DNA of 64,000 bases, taken from contig CAMDNQ010000012.1 in the NCBI GenBank assembly GCA_945903265.1, forward strand, positions 22,181-86,180, in the 5' to 3' direction. The stretch is from Candidatus Sulfopaludibacter sp. SbA3. GTDB lineage: Bacteria > Acidobacteriota > Vicinamibacteria > Vicinamibacterales > UBA2999. Shown in pieces: positions 32,076-40,450 of the stretch (positions within the stretch are counted from its first letter, which is position 1; each line of letters starts with the position of its first letter). Under the pieces are notes generated by a model. It made no database searches and was not told the DNA's origin. It worked only from the letters and a program-made list of their open reading frames with translations. The position numbers and the translations under genes are program-made.

Positions 32076-32106
32076 GGCATAGAGGGCTAGGGCAAAGAGA
32101 AAGAGC

Positions 32107-32700
32107 TTAGGACGCGCGAGCGGTTCGCCGCGCGACCGCGATGACCGCCGCCTTCACAGGCTTGGTGATCTTCGCGCGCGTCGCGGCGCGGGCAACGTTG
32201 CGCGCTTTGACCATGAAGCACTTCTCGAGGGCGCGGTCGACCTTATCCTCAACCGCCGCCACCTTTTCGCGCATGACTTCCGAAATTTCCGAGATGATGA
32301 GCGCACGCGCCCGATCCAGCATCCGCTTCTCGCGGAACGACAGGCTCTTGGACTTGCTCAGGAACGTCAGGCTCTTGAGGACATCGGCCATGTCGTAAAT
32401 CGACCCGGTGCGCATCTTGTCCGAGTTGTCCTTGAAGCGCCCCTTCCAGTTCTGGTGGTTGTCGATCCGGCCATCGCCCAGGAGGCCGAACAACCGCTCG
32501 ACTTCTTCGTCTGTGATGGCCTTTCGCAGGCCGACGTTATCGACGTTGGCGACGGGGACGAGGACAGTCGTGTCGTTGGACACGATTCGAAGATGAAAGA
32601 AACCGCACGTGGTACCGAGAATCGTCTTTTCTTCAACGCGTTCGACGATACCGAGCCCGTGGTTCGGGTAGATGACCTTGTCGCCGACCTGGAATGTCAC
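32107..32700 (-). CDS. carD: CarD/CdnL family RNA polymerase-binding regulator
   Basis: FQVGDKVIYPNHGLG, NWKGRF, LSFREKRML. Confidence 0.92.
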   Translation of the reverse strand: MTFQVGDKVIYPNHGLGIVERVEEKTILGTTCGFFHLRIVSNDTTVLVPVANVDNVGLRKAITDEEVERLFGLLGDGRIDNHQNWKGRFKDNSDKMRTGSIYDMADVLKSLTFLSKSKSLSFREKRMLDRARALIISEISEVMREKVAAVEDKVDRALEKCFMVKARNVARAATRAKITKPVKAAVIAVARRTARAS

Positions 32701-32998
32701 GTTTCCCCCGTTGGAAGGTTGGTGGTAGGACCGGACTCGCGCCGGGAATTGCACTCACGAGTATAGCGCAGGGCGCCCTCAGAATCAACGAAATATGGCC
32801 GAAAAACGTCGATTTTGCGCACTTCAGCCCTGCTGTTGGACCGTTCAACGCCATTCGTTTACAGCCGTGGTGTGCCGTTAACATGCGGAAATTCCGACAT
32901 TTGTGGGCGGCTGCACGAATCGTCCTTCGTCCGGAAGCCCCCACTCGAAAAAGTGCAACCCTTAGTCGATCCGTGTAAGGGATCGGTAAAATCGCAGG

Positions 32999-33508
32999 GT
33001 GCGAACCCTCCTGGCGGCGTCGCTGGCGGCCGCGATCGCCCTGCCGCAGGCTCCTTTCGTCGCCACGCCACAGGACGTCGTGGATCGAATGCTGGAACTG
33101 GCCGTCCTGCGGTCCTCAGACGTTGTGTACGACCTGGGATGCGGAGACGGCCGCATCGTGATTGCCGCCGCGCAGCGCTACGGCGCCCGCGGCGTGGGCG
33201 TCGACATTGACCCCCAGCGAATTGACGAGGCGAGACGAAACGCAAAGGCGGCCGGAGTGGCGCATCTGGTCACGTTCCGGGTAGAGGACGCACTTCAAAC
33301 CGACGTCTCTGAGGCCACCGTCGTGACGCTGTACCTGGTCGCCTCACTCAATGCGCGGCTGCGTCCGCGGCTCATGAGCCAGCTCCGTCCAGGAGCGCGG
33401 ATCGTGTCGCACAACTTCCCTATTGGCGACTGGGAGCCGGACACGGTACACCCCTTCACGAGCGTCGACGGACAGTCGCGCACGCTTTTCCGCTGGAATA
33501 TTAGATAG
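32999..33508 (+). CDS. Class I SAM-dependent methyltransferase
   Basis: PFVATP, VYDLGCGDGRIV, GVDID, LRPGARIVSHNF; TAAAAT 6 nt upstream of GTG. Confidence 0.88.
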   Translation: MRTLLAASLAAAIALPQAPFVATPQDVVDRMLELAVLRSSDVVYDLGCGDGRIVIAAAQRYGARGVGVDIDPQRIDEARRNAKAAGVAHLVTFRVEDALQTDVSEATVVTLYLVASLNARLRPRLMSQLRPGARIVSHNFPIGDWEPDTVHPFTSVDGQSRTLFRWNIR

Positions 33509-33518
33509 GGATCAGGGG

Positions 33519-34538
33519 TCAGGCTCGGGCGACCGCGAGCTCGACGATCTCTTCGATCAGCTGCGTGTACGTCCGCCCTGACTTGCGCGCCGCCATGGCG
33601 AGCTCCGCCTTCGATGCGAGCCAGGGATTGGGATTGACCTCGATCACGTGCACCTTGCCATCAGGCTGCAAACGCATGTCGACGCGGCCGTAGTCGCGCA
33701 GCTCGAGCGCTTGATACGCAGCCACTGCGGTCTGATGCAGGGTCTGGACGAGCTCGTCGGAAAGGTCGGTGGCGATGGCTGATTTGGTGTCGCGGTAGGC
33801 AGCCGTCCCCTTTCCCCACTTCACTTCCGCCGCCGCGATGCGCGGGGTCCCCTCGGGAAGCTTCGATAAATCAAGCTCCACGATGGGGAGCGCTTCCGGT
33901 TTTTCGTTGCCCAGGACCCCCACGTACATCTCGCGTCCCTCGATGTATTCCTCGATCAGGACCGGGGAATCGAAGTTGGCGTGGAGCCAGTCGATGCGTT
34001 CCATCAGCTCCCGGATCGAATTGACCACCGCGCTGAATTCGATGCCGATCGACCCGTCCTCGCGCGCCGGCTTGACGATGACCGGAAATTCGAGGTCGTG
34101 CGAAAAATCGAGCCGTCCCCGAAACGATTTCGCGAACGTTGGCGTGTGGATCCCATGGAACGCGAAGATTTTTTTCGCGACGGCCTTGTCCTGCGCCAGC
34201 ATCAGCCCATGGGTGCCCGAGCCGGTGTATTTCCTGCCGAGCAGCTCCAGGAATGCCGCGATCTTGTAATCGGCGGTGTCGTCCTCTGCAAAAGATTCCG
34301 AGAGGTTGAAGACCAGATCGCATTCGGCTTTCGCCAGGCCCAGCAGGCTCTTCTGCGTGCCATCCAGCTCGTACAGGATCGGCTCGTGGCCAAGCTTCGT
34401 CAGCGTCTCGGCGACCTCTTCCTCGACTTCCTTCTTATCGAGGGTACGGACGACCGGCGACTTGTCGCCCGACGCTGGTTCATCGTCGTCATCGACAAGG
34501 ACGCGGTCGTACAGAACGACGATTTTGAGCTTGCTCAT
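33519..34538 (-). CDS. D-Ala-D-Ala ligase-like ATP-grasp protein
   Basis: YTGS..LAQDK, VKPAREDGSIGI, IEEYIEGRE, YGRVDMRL, IEVNPNP; lacks the canonical Ddl GG.S.EH N-terminus. Confidence 0.85.
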   Translation of the reverse strand: MSKLKIVVLYDRVLVDDDDEPASGDKSPVVRTLDKKEVEEEVAETLTKLGHEPILYELDGTQKSLLGLAKAECDLVFNLSESFAEDDTADYKIAAFLELLGRKYTGSGTHGLMLAQDKAVAKKIFAFHGIHTPTFAKSFRGRLDFSHDLEFPVIVKPAREDGSIGIEFSAVVNSIRELMERIDWLHANFDSPVLIEEYIEGREMYVGVLGNEKPEALPIVELDLSKLPEGTPRIAAAEVKWGKGTAAYRDTKSAIATDLSDELVQTLHQTAVAAYQALELRDYGRVDMRLQPDGKVHVIEVNPNPWLASKAELAMAARKSGRTYTQLIEEIVELAVARA

Positions 34539-34575
34539 TCCCTGGTTGGTAGTCGGTGGTTGGTGGTATGGTAGT

Positions 34576-35580
34576 TTAAGTCTCAAAACGTCCGCGCGTC
34601 AGAAAATTCATCGCAAGCGTCGTGGCGAGCACGGTGACCTCGACCAGGTACCGCGCCTCTTCGCCACGCTCGCCCCACAGTTTCATGCGCTGGCACGTCC
34701 GGCAGATCGAATCGATCAGGGCGCGAACCACCGGCCGCGGGACACCGGTCCAATACGTGATTTTCTCGACGAGCTCAGGGCGATGCTTGGTAACGATATC
34801 GCCCGCCGGCACGGCTTCCTTCCGCTTGCGCGTCAGGAAGATCTGCGGGAGATGCGCGTCGAGGGCAATGTCGATGCGCGCCTGACGCTCCTCCCCCGCG
34901 GCCTCGTAGAACTGCTCGACGGTGACCTTGATGTCGTCGGGCGTGATGTCGACATCGCCGGTCTTGACGATCGGTTCGACGTCTGCGAGCGCGCGGGCGA
35001 CGCGTTCGACGTACCGCAGCTTCTGCATCGCCGGCCACCCTTTGTAGCGGCGGCGCCATGCGCTGCGAGGGGTCAGCCAGACCGCAAACGTTTCGGCAAA
35101 ATCTTCGTCGGGATGCTTCTGCGCGTACCACCCCTCGATGTGGCGCACGAAGCTGCGGCTGAACGGCACCGGCCGATAGTCGTCGCGATACGGCCTGAAG
35201 AACGGTCCAAACAGGCGGCGCCACTCCGGGGTCGTATAGAGGCGGTACGCGTAATTGAACACGTGCCCCGCCTCATGACGCATGTACATCATGACCTGGC
35301 GATCCGTCTCGAGCGTATCAGCCGCCTTCTCGATTTTTCGGAGCTTTGAATCGGCGAGATAGAACGGAATCCCGAGGACGGGTTGCTGATCCGGACAACC
35401 CCATTCGTCGGTCAGGTAGCAGACAGGACGGAAGTTCTTGAACCCGCGCCGCTCGAGCTCCTCGTAGAGCTGACGGATGTAGCCCTCGACCGGCGACCCC
35501 TCGACACGGAGGCCGAGCTCGCTGACTTTCTTCCCCAGCACGCCTCGGATCTCTGGATCGAGCGACTCGAACTTAACCAC
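34576..35580 (-). CDS. Putative zinc-binding metallopeptidase (Peptidase_Mx-like zincin)
   Basis: RHEAGH (HExxH) and YAQKHPDEDFAETFAVWL; TAAGAT 6 nt upstream of GTG. Confidence 0.85.
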   Translation of the reverse strand: MVKFESLDPEIRGVLGKKVSELGLRVEGSPVEGYIRQLYEELERRGFKNFRPVCYLTDEWGCPDQQPVLGIPFYLADSKLRKIEKAADTLETDRQVMMYMRHEAGHVFNYAYRLYTTPEWRRLFGPFFRPYRDDYRPVPFSRSFVRHIEGWYAQKHPDEDFAETFAVWLTPRSAWRRRYKGWPAMQKLRYVERVARALADVEPIVKTGDVDITPDDIKVTVEQFYEAAGEERQARIDIALDAHLPQIFLTRKRKEAVPAGDIVTKHRPELVEKITYWTGVPRPVVRALIDSICRTCQRMKLWGERGEEARYLVEVTVLATTLAMNFLTRGRFET

Positions 35581-35647
35581 GTCCTGATCTTAGTTGGTAG
35601 GCGGTAGTCGCCTGGCCGGTACTCGCTCCTCGGCAGGTGGTTCAGCC

Positions 35648-35797
35648 CTAGCGCTCGGGGAACCGCTCAATCCGCTTGTCGTCTTCAAGCCTGGGCGGTT
35701 CCTCCTTCGGTTTCCGGCTGTCTGGATCAGCCGGCGCAGCCGGAGGATTTAATGGCGGCGCGTTCGGTGGCGGGCTCTTCGTTTCCGGCAAGGCCAT
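35648..35797 (-). CDS. Hypothetical 49-aa Pro-rich / charged small protein
   Basis: Manual translation MALPETKSPPPNAPPLNPPAAPADPDSRKPKEEPPRLEDDKRIERFPER*; GGTGG upstream; below the ORF-track cutoff. Confidence 0.45.
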   Translation of the reverse strand: MALPETKSPPPNAPPLNPPAAPADPDSRKPKEEPPRLEDDKRIERFPER

Positions 35798-35844
35798 AAC
35801 CACCAACCACCAACTACCAACTACCAACTACCAACCACAAACTA
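35798..35844. repeat. Heptamer tandem repeat AACYACC, about 6.5 units
   Basis: aaccacc aaccacc aactacc aactacc aactacc aaccaca aacta; the complementary GGTRGTT form occurs at 34543-34575, 35592-35610 and 50089-50115. Confidence 0.9.
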
Positions 35845-37668
35845 GCTGGCGCACTCCCCGTCCATCACTTCGGGCGTGAATGCCTCGGTTTCGCCAAGGT
35901 CGATGTAATCGGCCGGCGTCAACTCGTCCGGAACGACAGTCGCGAGGTCCTGCAGCACGTCGGTCGCTGCAGCCGGGCCGATCCGCCGGTAGAACGCGCC
36001 AAGCGACTCCTCAGCAACCCGCTGCTGCCGATACAGGCCAATCAGGCGATCGAGTGCGTCTGTCAGACGATTGACCGGCACCTTCGACACGACCTTGCCG
36101 AACTGGGCGCCATCGCTGTTCACGCCGCCTCCGACCAGCACGAAGTACTGCGGCACGGCACGTCCACCGACTTTGCGAACGCTCCCTTGGAAGCCGATCC
36201 CGGAGATGTGGTGCTGACCGCATCCGTTCGGGCATCCGCTGATCTTGATGTCGCCTGACGGGACGGCATCCACGAGCTCAGGATGCGCACTGAGATACTC
36301 GGTCAGGATGCGCCCGAGTCCCCGCGACTGCGTCACGGCGAGACGGCAGCTTTCCGCGCCAGGGCAGCTCGTGACATCGGCCACCGTTCCCGCATCGCCG
36401 GCACCGAGATTCGCAGCGCGGAGCCGCTCGTAGAATGCGGACACCAGCTTGACCGGCACCCACCGGAACAGAATGTTCTGGTCGATCGTCAACCTGACGG
36501 TGCCATCGCTGTAGGCTTCGGCGAGGTCGGCGATGACCTGCGCCTGGCCGGCAGTGAAATCGCCGAGCGGGAGCCGGGCCGTCACCATCACGAAGCCCGC
36601 CTGCCGCTGCTTCCGGACGTTGTGCCTCGTCCAGCGCACGTAGCCATCGGGCAGGGTCTGGAGTTGTACCGTCCCCGGCATGATCCCGGGGCCGGACACG
36701 GGGCTCACGGCCAGCGCTGCGGCCATCTGCGGCGTCAGCGGCGCCGGCTTCGGCCAGTCTGGTGCCTCTTCAACCGGCGGTGCGGACGCGGGGAACGGCA
36801 GGCGGGCGCCTCCCTCCGCGCGGAACTCCGCCAGCGCCTCCTCGAACTTGGCGCGCCACGCGTCCCAGCCGAGCGACTTCATCAGGAACTTCATCCGGTT
36901 CCGCTGCGGGTGCTTCCGGTCGCCGTTGCGGTGGAAGACTCGCAGGACCGCTTCGGCCACGTCGAGCATCTCCTCCGCCGGGAGGAACTCGTACAGCACG
37001 GGCGCGTCGATCACCATGATCGCGGTGCCGCCGCCGACGACCACCTTGAAGCCGCGCTTCCCGTCGACGATGCGCGCGTGCCAGCCGATGTCATGAATCG
37101 CCGCGACAGCGTGGTCTTCGGGGCATCCCTCGAACGCGATCTTGAACTTGCGCGGGAGCGACGCGGCGAGCGGATGCCTGAGGAAGTACCGTGTCAGCGC
37201 CTCGGCGTACGGAGTGACGTCGAAGATTTCGTTCTCGGCGACGCCCGAATACGGGCATGACGTGATGTTCCGGACCGAGTTGCCGCACGCCTCGCGCGTC
37301 GTGATGCCCGTTTCGGCCATGGCCCGCATCGCGTCCTCGGCATCACTCAGCTTGACGAAGTGGAACTGGACGTTCTGGCGCGTGGTCACGTGGCCGAATC
37401 CGCGGGAGTAGCTGGTAGCCACGCCCGCGAGCGACCGCAGCTGCGCGGATGTCAGGATGCCCTGCGGGACTTTCACCCGCAACATCTGGACGTCGTCCTG
37501 CCGCTGGCCGTAGGTCCCGCGCAGCAGGCGGAACTTCCGCCAGTCGTCGGGTGAAATCTCGCCGCGCTCGTACTTGCCGAGCACATCGACGAACTCGTCG
37601 ATGTCGTGTTCCTTGGCGAACCCCGTACGCGGACGGCCTACCGCCGTCGCCTGATCAATGACCGACAT
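35842..37668 (-). CDS. sir: Siroheme/[4Fe-4S] sulfite (or nitrite) reductase hemoprotein
   Basis: TTRQNVQFH, LPRKFKI, CPGAESC..SGCPNGCG; co-transcribed with cysG behind a Cys-rich leader, which favours sulfite reductase. Confidence 0.88.
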   Translation of the reverse strand: MSVIDQATAVGRPRTGFAKEHDIDEFVDVLGKYERGEISPDDWRKFRLLRGTYGQRQDDVQMLRVKVPQGILTSAQLRSLAGVATSYSRGFGHVTTRQNVQFHFVKLSDAEDAMRAMAETGITTREACGNSVRNITSCPYSGVAENEIFDVTPYAEALTRYFLRHPLAASLPRKFKIAFEGCPEDHAVAAIHDIGWHARIVDGKRGFKVVVGGGTAIMVIDAPVLYEFLPAEEMLDVAEAVLRVFHRNGDRKHPQRNRMKFLMKSLGWDAWRAKFEEALAEFRAEGGARLPFPASAPPVEEAPDWPKPAPLTPQMAAALAVSPVSGPGIMPGTVQLQTLPDGYVRWTRHNVRKQRQAGFVMVTARLPLGDFTAGQAQVIADLAEAYSDGTVRLTIDQNILFRWVPVKLVSAFYERLRAANLGAGDAGTVADVTSCPGAESCRLAVTQSRGLGRILTEYLSAHPELVDAVPSGDIKISGCPNGCGQHHISGIGFQGSVRKVGGRAVPQYFVLVGGGVNSDGAQFGKVVSKVPVNRLTDALDRLIGLYRQQRVAEESLGAFYRRIGPAAATDVLQDLATVVPDELTPADYIDLGETEAFTPEVMDGECAS

Positions 37669-39004
37669 GCCTCACCTCGTCTCCTGTAGCCGCAGTGCGC
37701 GCCAATCTCGCCCGAATCTTCACCACTTCTCCGATCACCAGGACGCCCGCCGCGCCAGTTGGAGGTTCAGCGGCGCCCATCTGATCGAGCCGCCCGGTCC
37801 ATACCCATTCGTCAGGCATCGACGCGCTGCAGACGATCGCCGCGGGTGTGTCCGGCCCCCAGCCGTGTCCTATCAACTGCGCCGCCAGCGACGCGCGGGC
37901 GCCAACGCCCATCAGCATCACGATCGACAGCGAGTTGGGGCGGACCGCCCCAAGACTGTGATCGACCGTCGCGTCCGTGTGGCCAGCGAGCACGAGGAAG
38001 CCGGACGCCACCCCGCGATGCGTGATGGGAATCCCCGCCATTTCCGGCGCCGCGATCGCGCTGCTGACACCCGGCACCACGTCGAACGGAATCCCCGCCA
38101 TCGCCAGCGCCAGGGCTTCTTCCCCGCCCCGGCCGAACACGAACGGGTCGCCGCCCTTCAGCCGCACGACGCGCTTGCCCTGCTTGGCAGCTCGAATCAT
38201 CAGCCGGTGGATCGTCTCCTGGGGCACGCTATCCCGCCGTGCCCGTTTGCCGACCGAGAAGCACTGGGCCTTCGTCGCGCGCCGAAGCGCATCGACATCG
38301 ACGAGGGCGTCATACAGCACCAGATCGGCCTGCTGCAGCCTTCTCACCGCCGCGACGGTCCACAGATCCGGATTCCCAGGCCCGGCCCCGACGAGAGACA
38401 CACTCCCGGGATCGGGGATCCGGGATCGGGGATCCGAAGGCCGGATCCCGGGGCCCGCATCCCGGTAAATGTTGTTGAGCGCCTCCAGCAACTGCGGCCG
38501 GCGCTGCTCCATCGGCACGCCCTGCTGCTTCCACGCGGCCCGTGCCGCGTCCGCAGTGGCGAGCCACAGCGCCAGGTCCGGCGGCAGCATTGCGTCGATG
38601 CCTTCGCGCAGCAGCCCCGCAAGCGCCGGTGCGCGGCCGTCGGTCGAAATCGCGATGGTGACGCCATCGCGGCGCACGACGCCGCCAAGATACGCCGTCG
38701 CATGCCGCGGATCGTCCACCGCGTTCACGAAAATCCGTCGCTCGTCCGCCGCCGCCCGCACCCGCTCGTTGACGTCAGGCGGCGCCGCGGCGACCACCCA
38801 CCAGGCGCCGTCGAGATCCGCCGGCTCGAATCCCCGGCGAACGATGGCCACGGACAGCTGCTCGATCTCCGGCACGACCTGAGGCGCCACGACAGTCACG
38901 TCGGCACCGGCAGCCAGCAGCGCCTCGAGTTTCGAGGCCGCCACGGGACCGCCGCCGACCACGACGGCACGACGCGACTGAAGATTCAGGAATGCTGGAA
39001 ACAT
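37655..39004 (-). CDS. cysG: Siroheme synthase (dehydrogenase/ferrochelatase + uroporphyrinogen-III methyltransferase)
   Basis: VVGGGPVAASK, VNAVDDP, LVGAGPGNPDL, RLKGGDPFVFGRGGEE. Confidence 0.94.
   Translation of the reverse strand: MFPAFLNLQSRRAVVVGGGPVAASKLEALLAAGADVTVVAPQVVPEIEQLSVAIVRRGFEPADLDGAWWVVAAAPPDVNERVRAAADERRIFVNAVDDPRHATAYLGGVVRRDGVTIAISTDGRAPALAGLLREGIDAMLPPDLALWLATADAARAAWKQQGVPMEQRRPQLLEALNNIYRDAGPGIRPSDPRSRIPDPGSVSLVGAGPGNPDLWTVAAVRRLQQADLVLYDALVDVDALRRATKAQCFSVGKRARRDSVPQETIHRLMIRAAKQGKRVVRLKGGDPFVFGRGGEEALALAMAGIPFDVVPGVSSAIAAPEMAGIPITHRGVASGFLVLAGHTDATVDHSLGAVRPNSLSIVMLMGVGARASLAAQLIGHGWGPDTPAAIVCSASMPDEWVWTGRLDQMGAAEPPTGAAGVLVIGEVVKIRARLARTAATGDEVRHVGH
38406..38465. 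repeat. Heptamer (SGGGATC-like) repeats translated in-frame in the CysG domain linker
   Basis: cgggatc ggggatc cgggatc ggggatc..; encodes GIRPSDPRSRIPDPG. Confidence 0.75.
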
Positions 39005-39010
39005 GCGTCT

Positions 39011-39045
39011 AAAAAGCAAAAAGCCCGGGTGTCTGTCCCGGGCTT
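39011..39045 (-). terminator. Attenuator terminator (3:4 helix) directly upstream of cysG
   Basis: Minus strand AAGCCCGGG-acagaca-CCCGGGCTT followed by TTTGCTTTTT. Confidence 0.9.
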
Positions 39046-39070
39046 CGATCCTGTTCGTGTTTGGGCTTTT

Positions 39071-39154
39071 CTACGAGTGACCCGCACGGACCGCAAGCGC
39101 CGGGACTTGGGTCCCCCGACAACACGCGCAGGCGCATCCGCACATCTTGAACAC
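39071..39154 (-). CDS. Cysteine-rich attenuator leader peptide (V/M)FKMCGCACACCRGTQVPALAVRAGHS
   Basis: GTG 39154 or ATG 39145 to TAG 39071; 5 Cys codons within 8 codons; lies between the promoter and the terminator. Confidence 0.85.
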   Translation of the reverse strand: MFKMCGCACACCRGTQVPALAVRAGHS

Positions 39155-39162
39155 GATGAGTG

Positions 39163-39192
39163 ATTTTACAGCGGCAAACCCCACAGGGTCAA
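39163..39192 (-). promoter_or_regulatory. Sigma70-type promoter of the cys leader
   Basis: TTGACC (39192-39187)-N18-TAAAAT (39168-39163). Confidence 0.82.
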
Positions 39193-39196
39193 ATAG

Positions 39197-40450
39197 TTAC
39201 GCCCGTGCGGCGGCGGGCTGGGAGGCCTGCGGTGCCAGCGCGCGCTCGAAGTCCGCCAGGCTGCGTCCGATTCTGGTCGGCTGGGCGACCCGCCCCATCA
39301 TGACTTCGGCGGTCTTGTAGCCATTGCCGGTGATGCAGACCACGACGGACTCATTCCGCTTGATCACGCCCTGCGCAATGAGTTTCCGCGTGACCGCCAG
39401 CGTCGTGCCGCCGGCAGGCTCGGTGAAGATGCCCTCCGTCTGCGCAAGCAGCTGAACGGCATCCAGAATCTCGGGGTCGGTCGCCGAAGCGCCGGCGCCT
39501 CCCGTCTCGTGGACCACTTTGACGACCTGGAATCCGTCGGCCGGATTGCCGATCGCCAATGACTTCGCAATCGTGGCCGGCTTGACGGGCTCAGGGAATT
39601 CCAGCCCGGCGTCCAGCGCGTTGATCACCGGCGACGAACCCGCAGGCTGGGCGGCGTGGATCTTCGGCAGCTGGCCGCTGACCAGCCCGATTTCACGCAT
39701 CTCACGGAATCCTTTGTAGATGCGCGGCAGGAGCGTTCCCCCGGCGACCGGTGACACCACATGGTCCGGGAAGCGCCAGCCAAGCTGCTCCGCGATCTCG
39801 AAGCCCATCGTCTTGGCGCCCTCGGCGTAGTACGCGCGAAGGTTGATGTTGGCGAACCCCCACCCATACCGATCGGCGATCTGCGTGCACAGACGGTTGA
39901 CGTCGTCGTAGTTCCCCTCGACCGCCACGACGTGCGGCGCGTAAATCGCGGCGCCCAGGACTTTCGCGGGCTCCAGATCGTGCGGGATGAAGACGTAGCA
40001 CGGAAGCCCGAGACGCGCGGCGTGCGCGGCGACGCTGCCGGCAAGGTTGCCGGTGGACGCGCACCCGAACACCTGGAACCCGAGTTCCACGGCGCGGGTG
40101 GCCGCAATCGACACGACGCGGTCCTTGTACGAGAACGTCGGATGGTTGACTGAGTCGTCTTTGAGATACAGCTCGTCGACGCCGAGCTCACGCGCCAGAC
40201 GGGTCGCCCGCACGAGCGGCGTGAAGCCGGAGTTGAAACCGGTACGCGGCTCCTCGACCGGCAGCAGTTCGAGATAGCGCCAGAGCGACCGCGGACGCGA
40301 TTCAATCACGCTCCGGGTCATGACTTTCTTGACCGCGGCGTAGTCGTACGAGACTTCAAGTGGGCCAAGGCAGTCAGCGCAGACCCACAGCGCTTCTGCC
40401 GGATACGTCGCGCCACACAGGTGGCAGGTCAGGCCCGCGACGAATTTCAT
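39197..40450 (-). CDS. thrC: Threonine synthase
   Basis: PTFSYKDR (PLP Lys), ASTGN, EGAKT, ITGNGYK; in an operon with thrB and hom. Confidence 0.92.
   Translation of the reverse strand: MKFVAGLTCHLCGATYPAEALWVCADCLGPLEVSYDYAAVKKVMTRSVIESRPRSLWRYLELLPVEEPRTGFNSGFTPLVRATRLARELGVDELYLKDDSVNHPTFSYKDRVVSIAATRAVELGFQVFGCASTGNLAGSVAAHAARLGLPCYVFIPHDLEPAKVLGAAIYAPHVVAVEGNYDDVNRLCTQIADRYGWGFANINLRAYYAEGAKTMGFEIAEQLGWRFPDHVVSPVAGGTLLPRIYKGFREMREIGLVSGQLPKIHAAQPAGSSPVINALDAGLEFPEPVKPATIAKSLAIGNPADGFQVVKVVHETGGAGASATDPEILDAVQLLAQTEGIFTEPAGGTTLAVTRKLIAQGVIKRNESVVVCITGNGYKTAEVMMGRVAQPTRIGRSLADFERALAPQASQPAAARA

Noticed and set aside
32701-32998. Possible ncRNA in the lower-GC carD/methyltransferase intergenic region
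   Set aside because: No recognisable RNA family or strong terminator; best explained as divergent promoter DNA.
35798-35844. Repeats as a CRISPR array
   Set aside because: 7-bp units with no spacers and no cas genes.
39071-39154. Cys-rich sORF as a metallothionein or RiPP precursor
   Set aside because: No modifying enzymes are adjacent. Its position between promoter and terminator, and its complementarity to the terminator arm, fit an attenuator leader much better.
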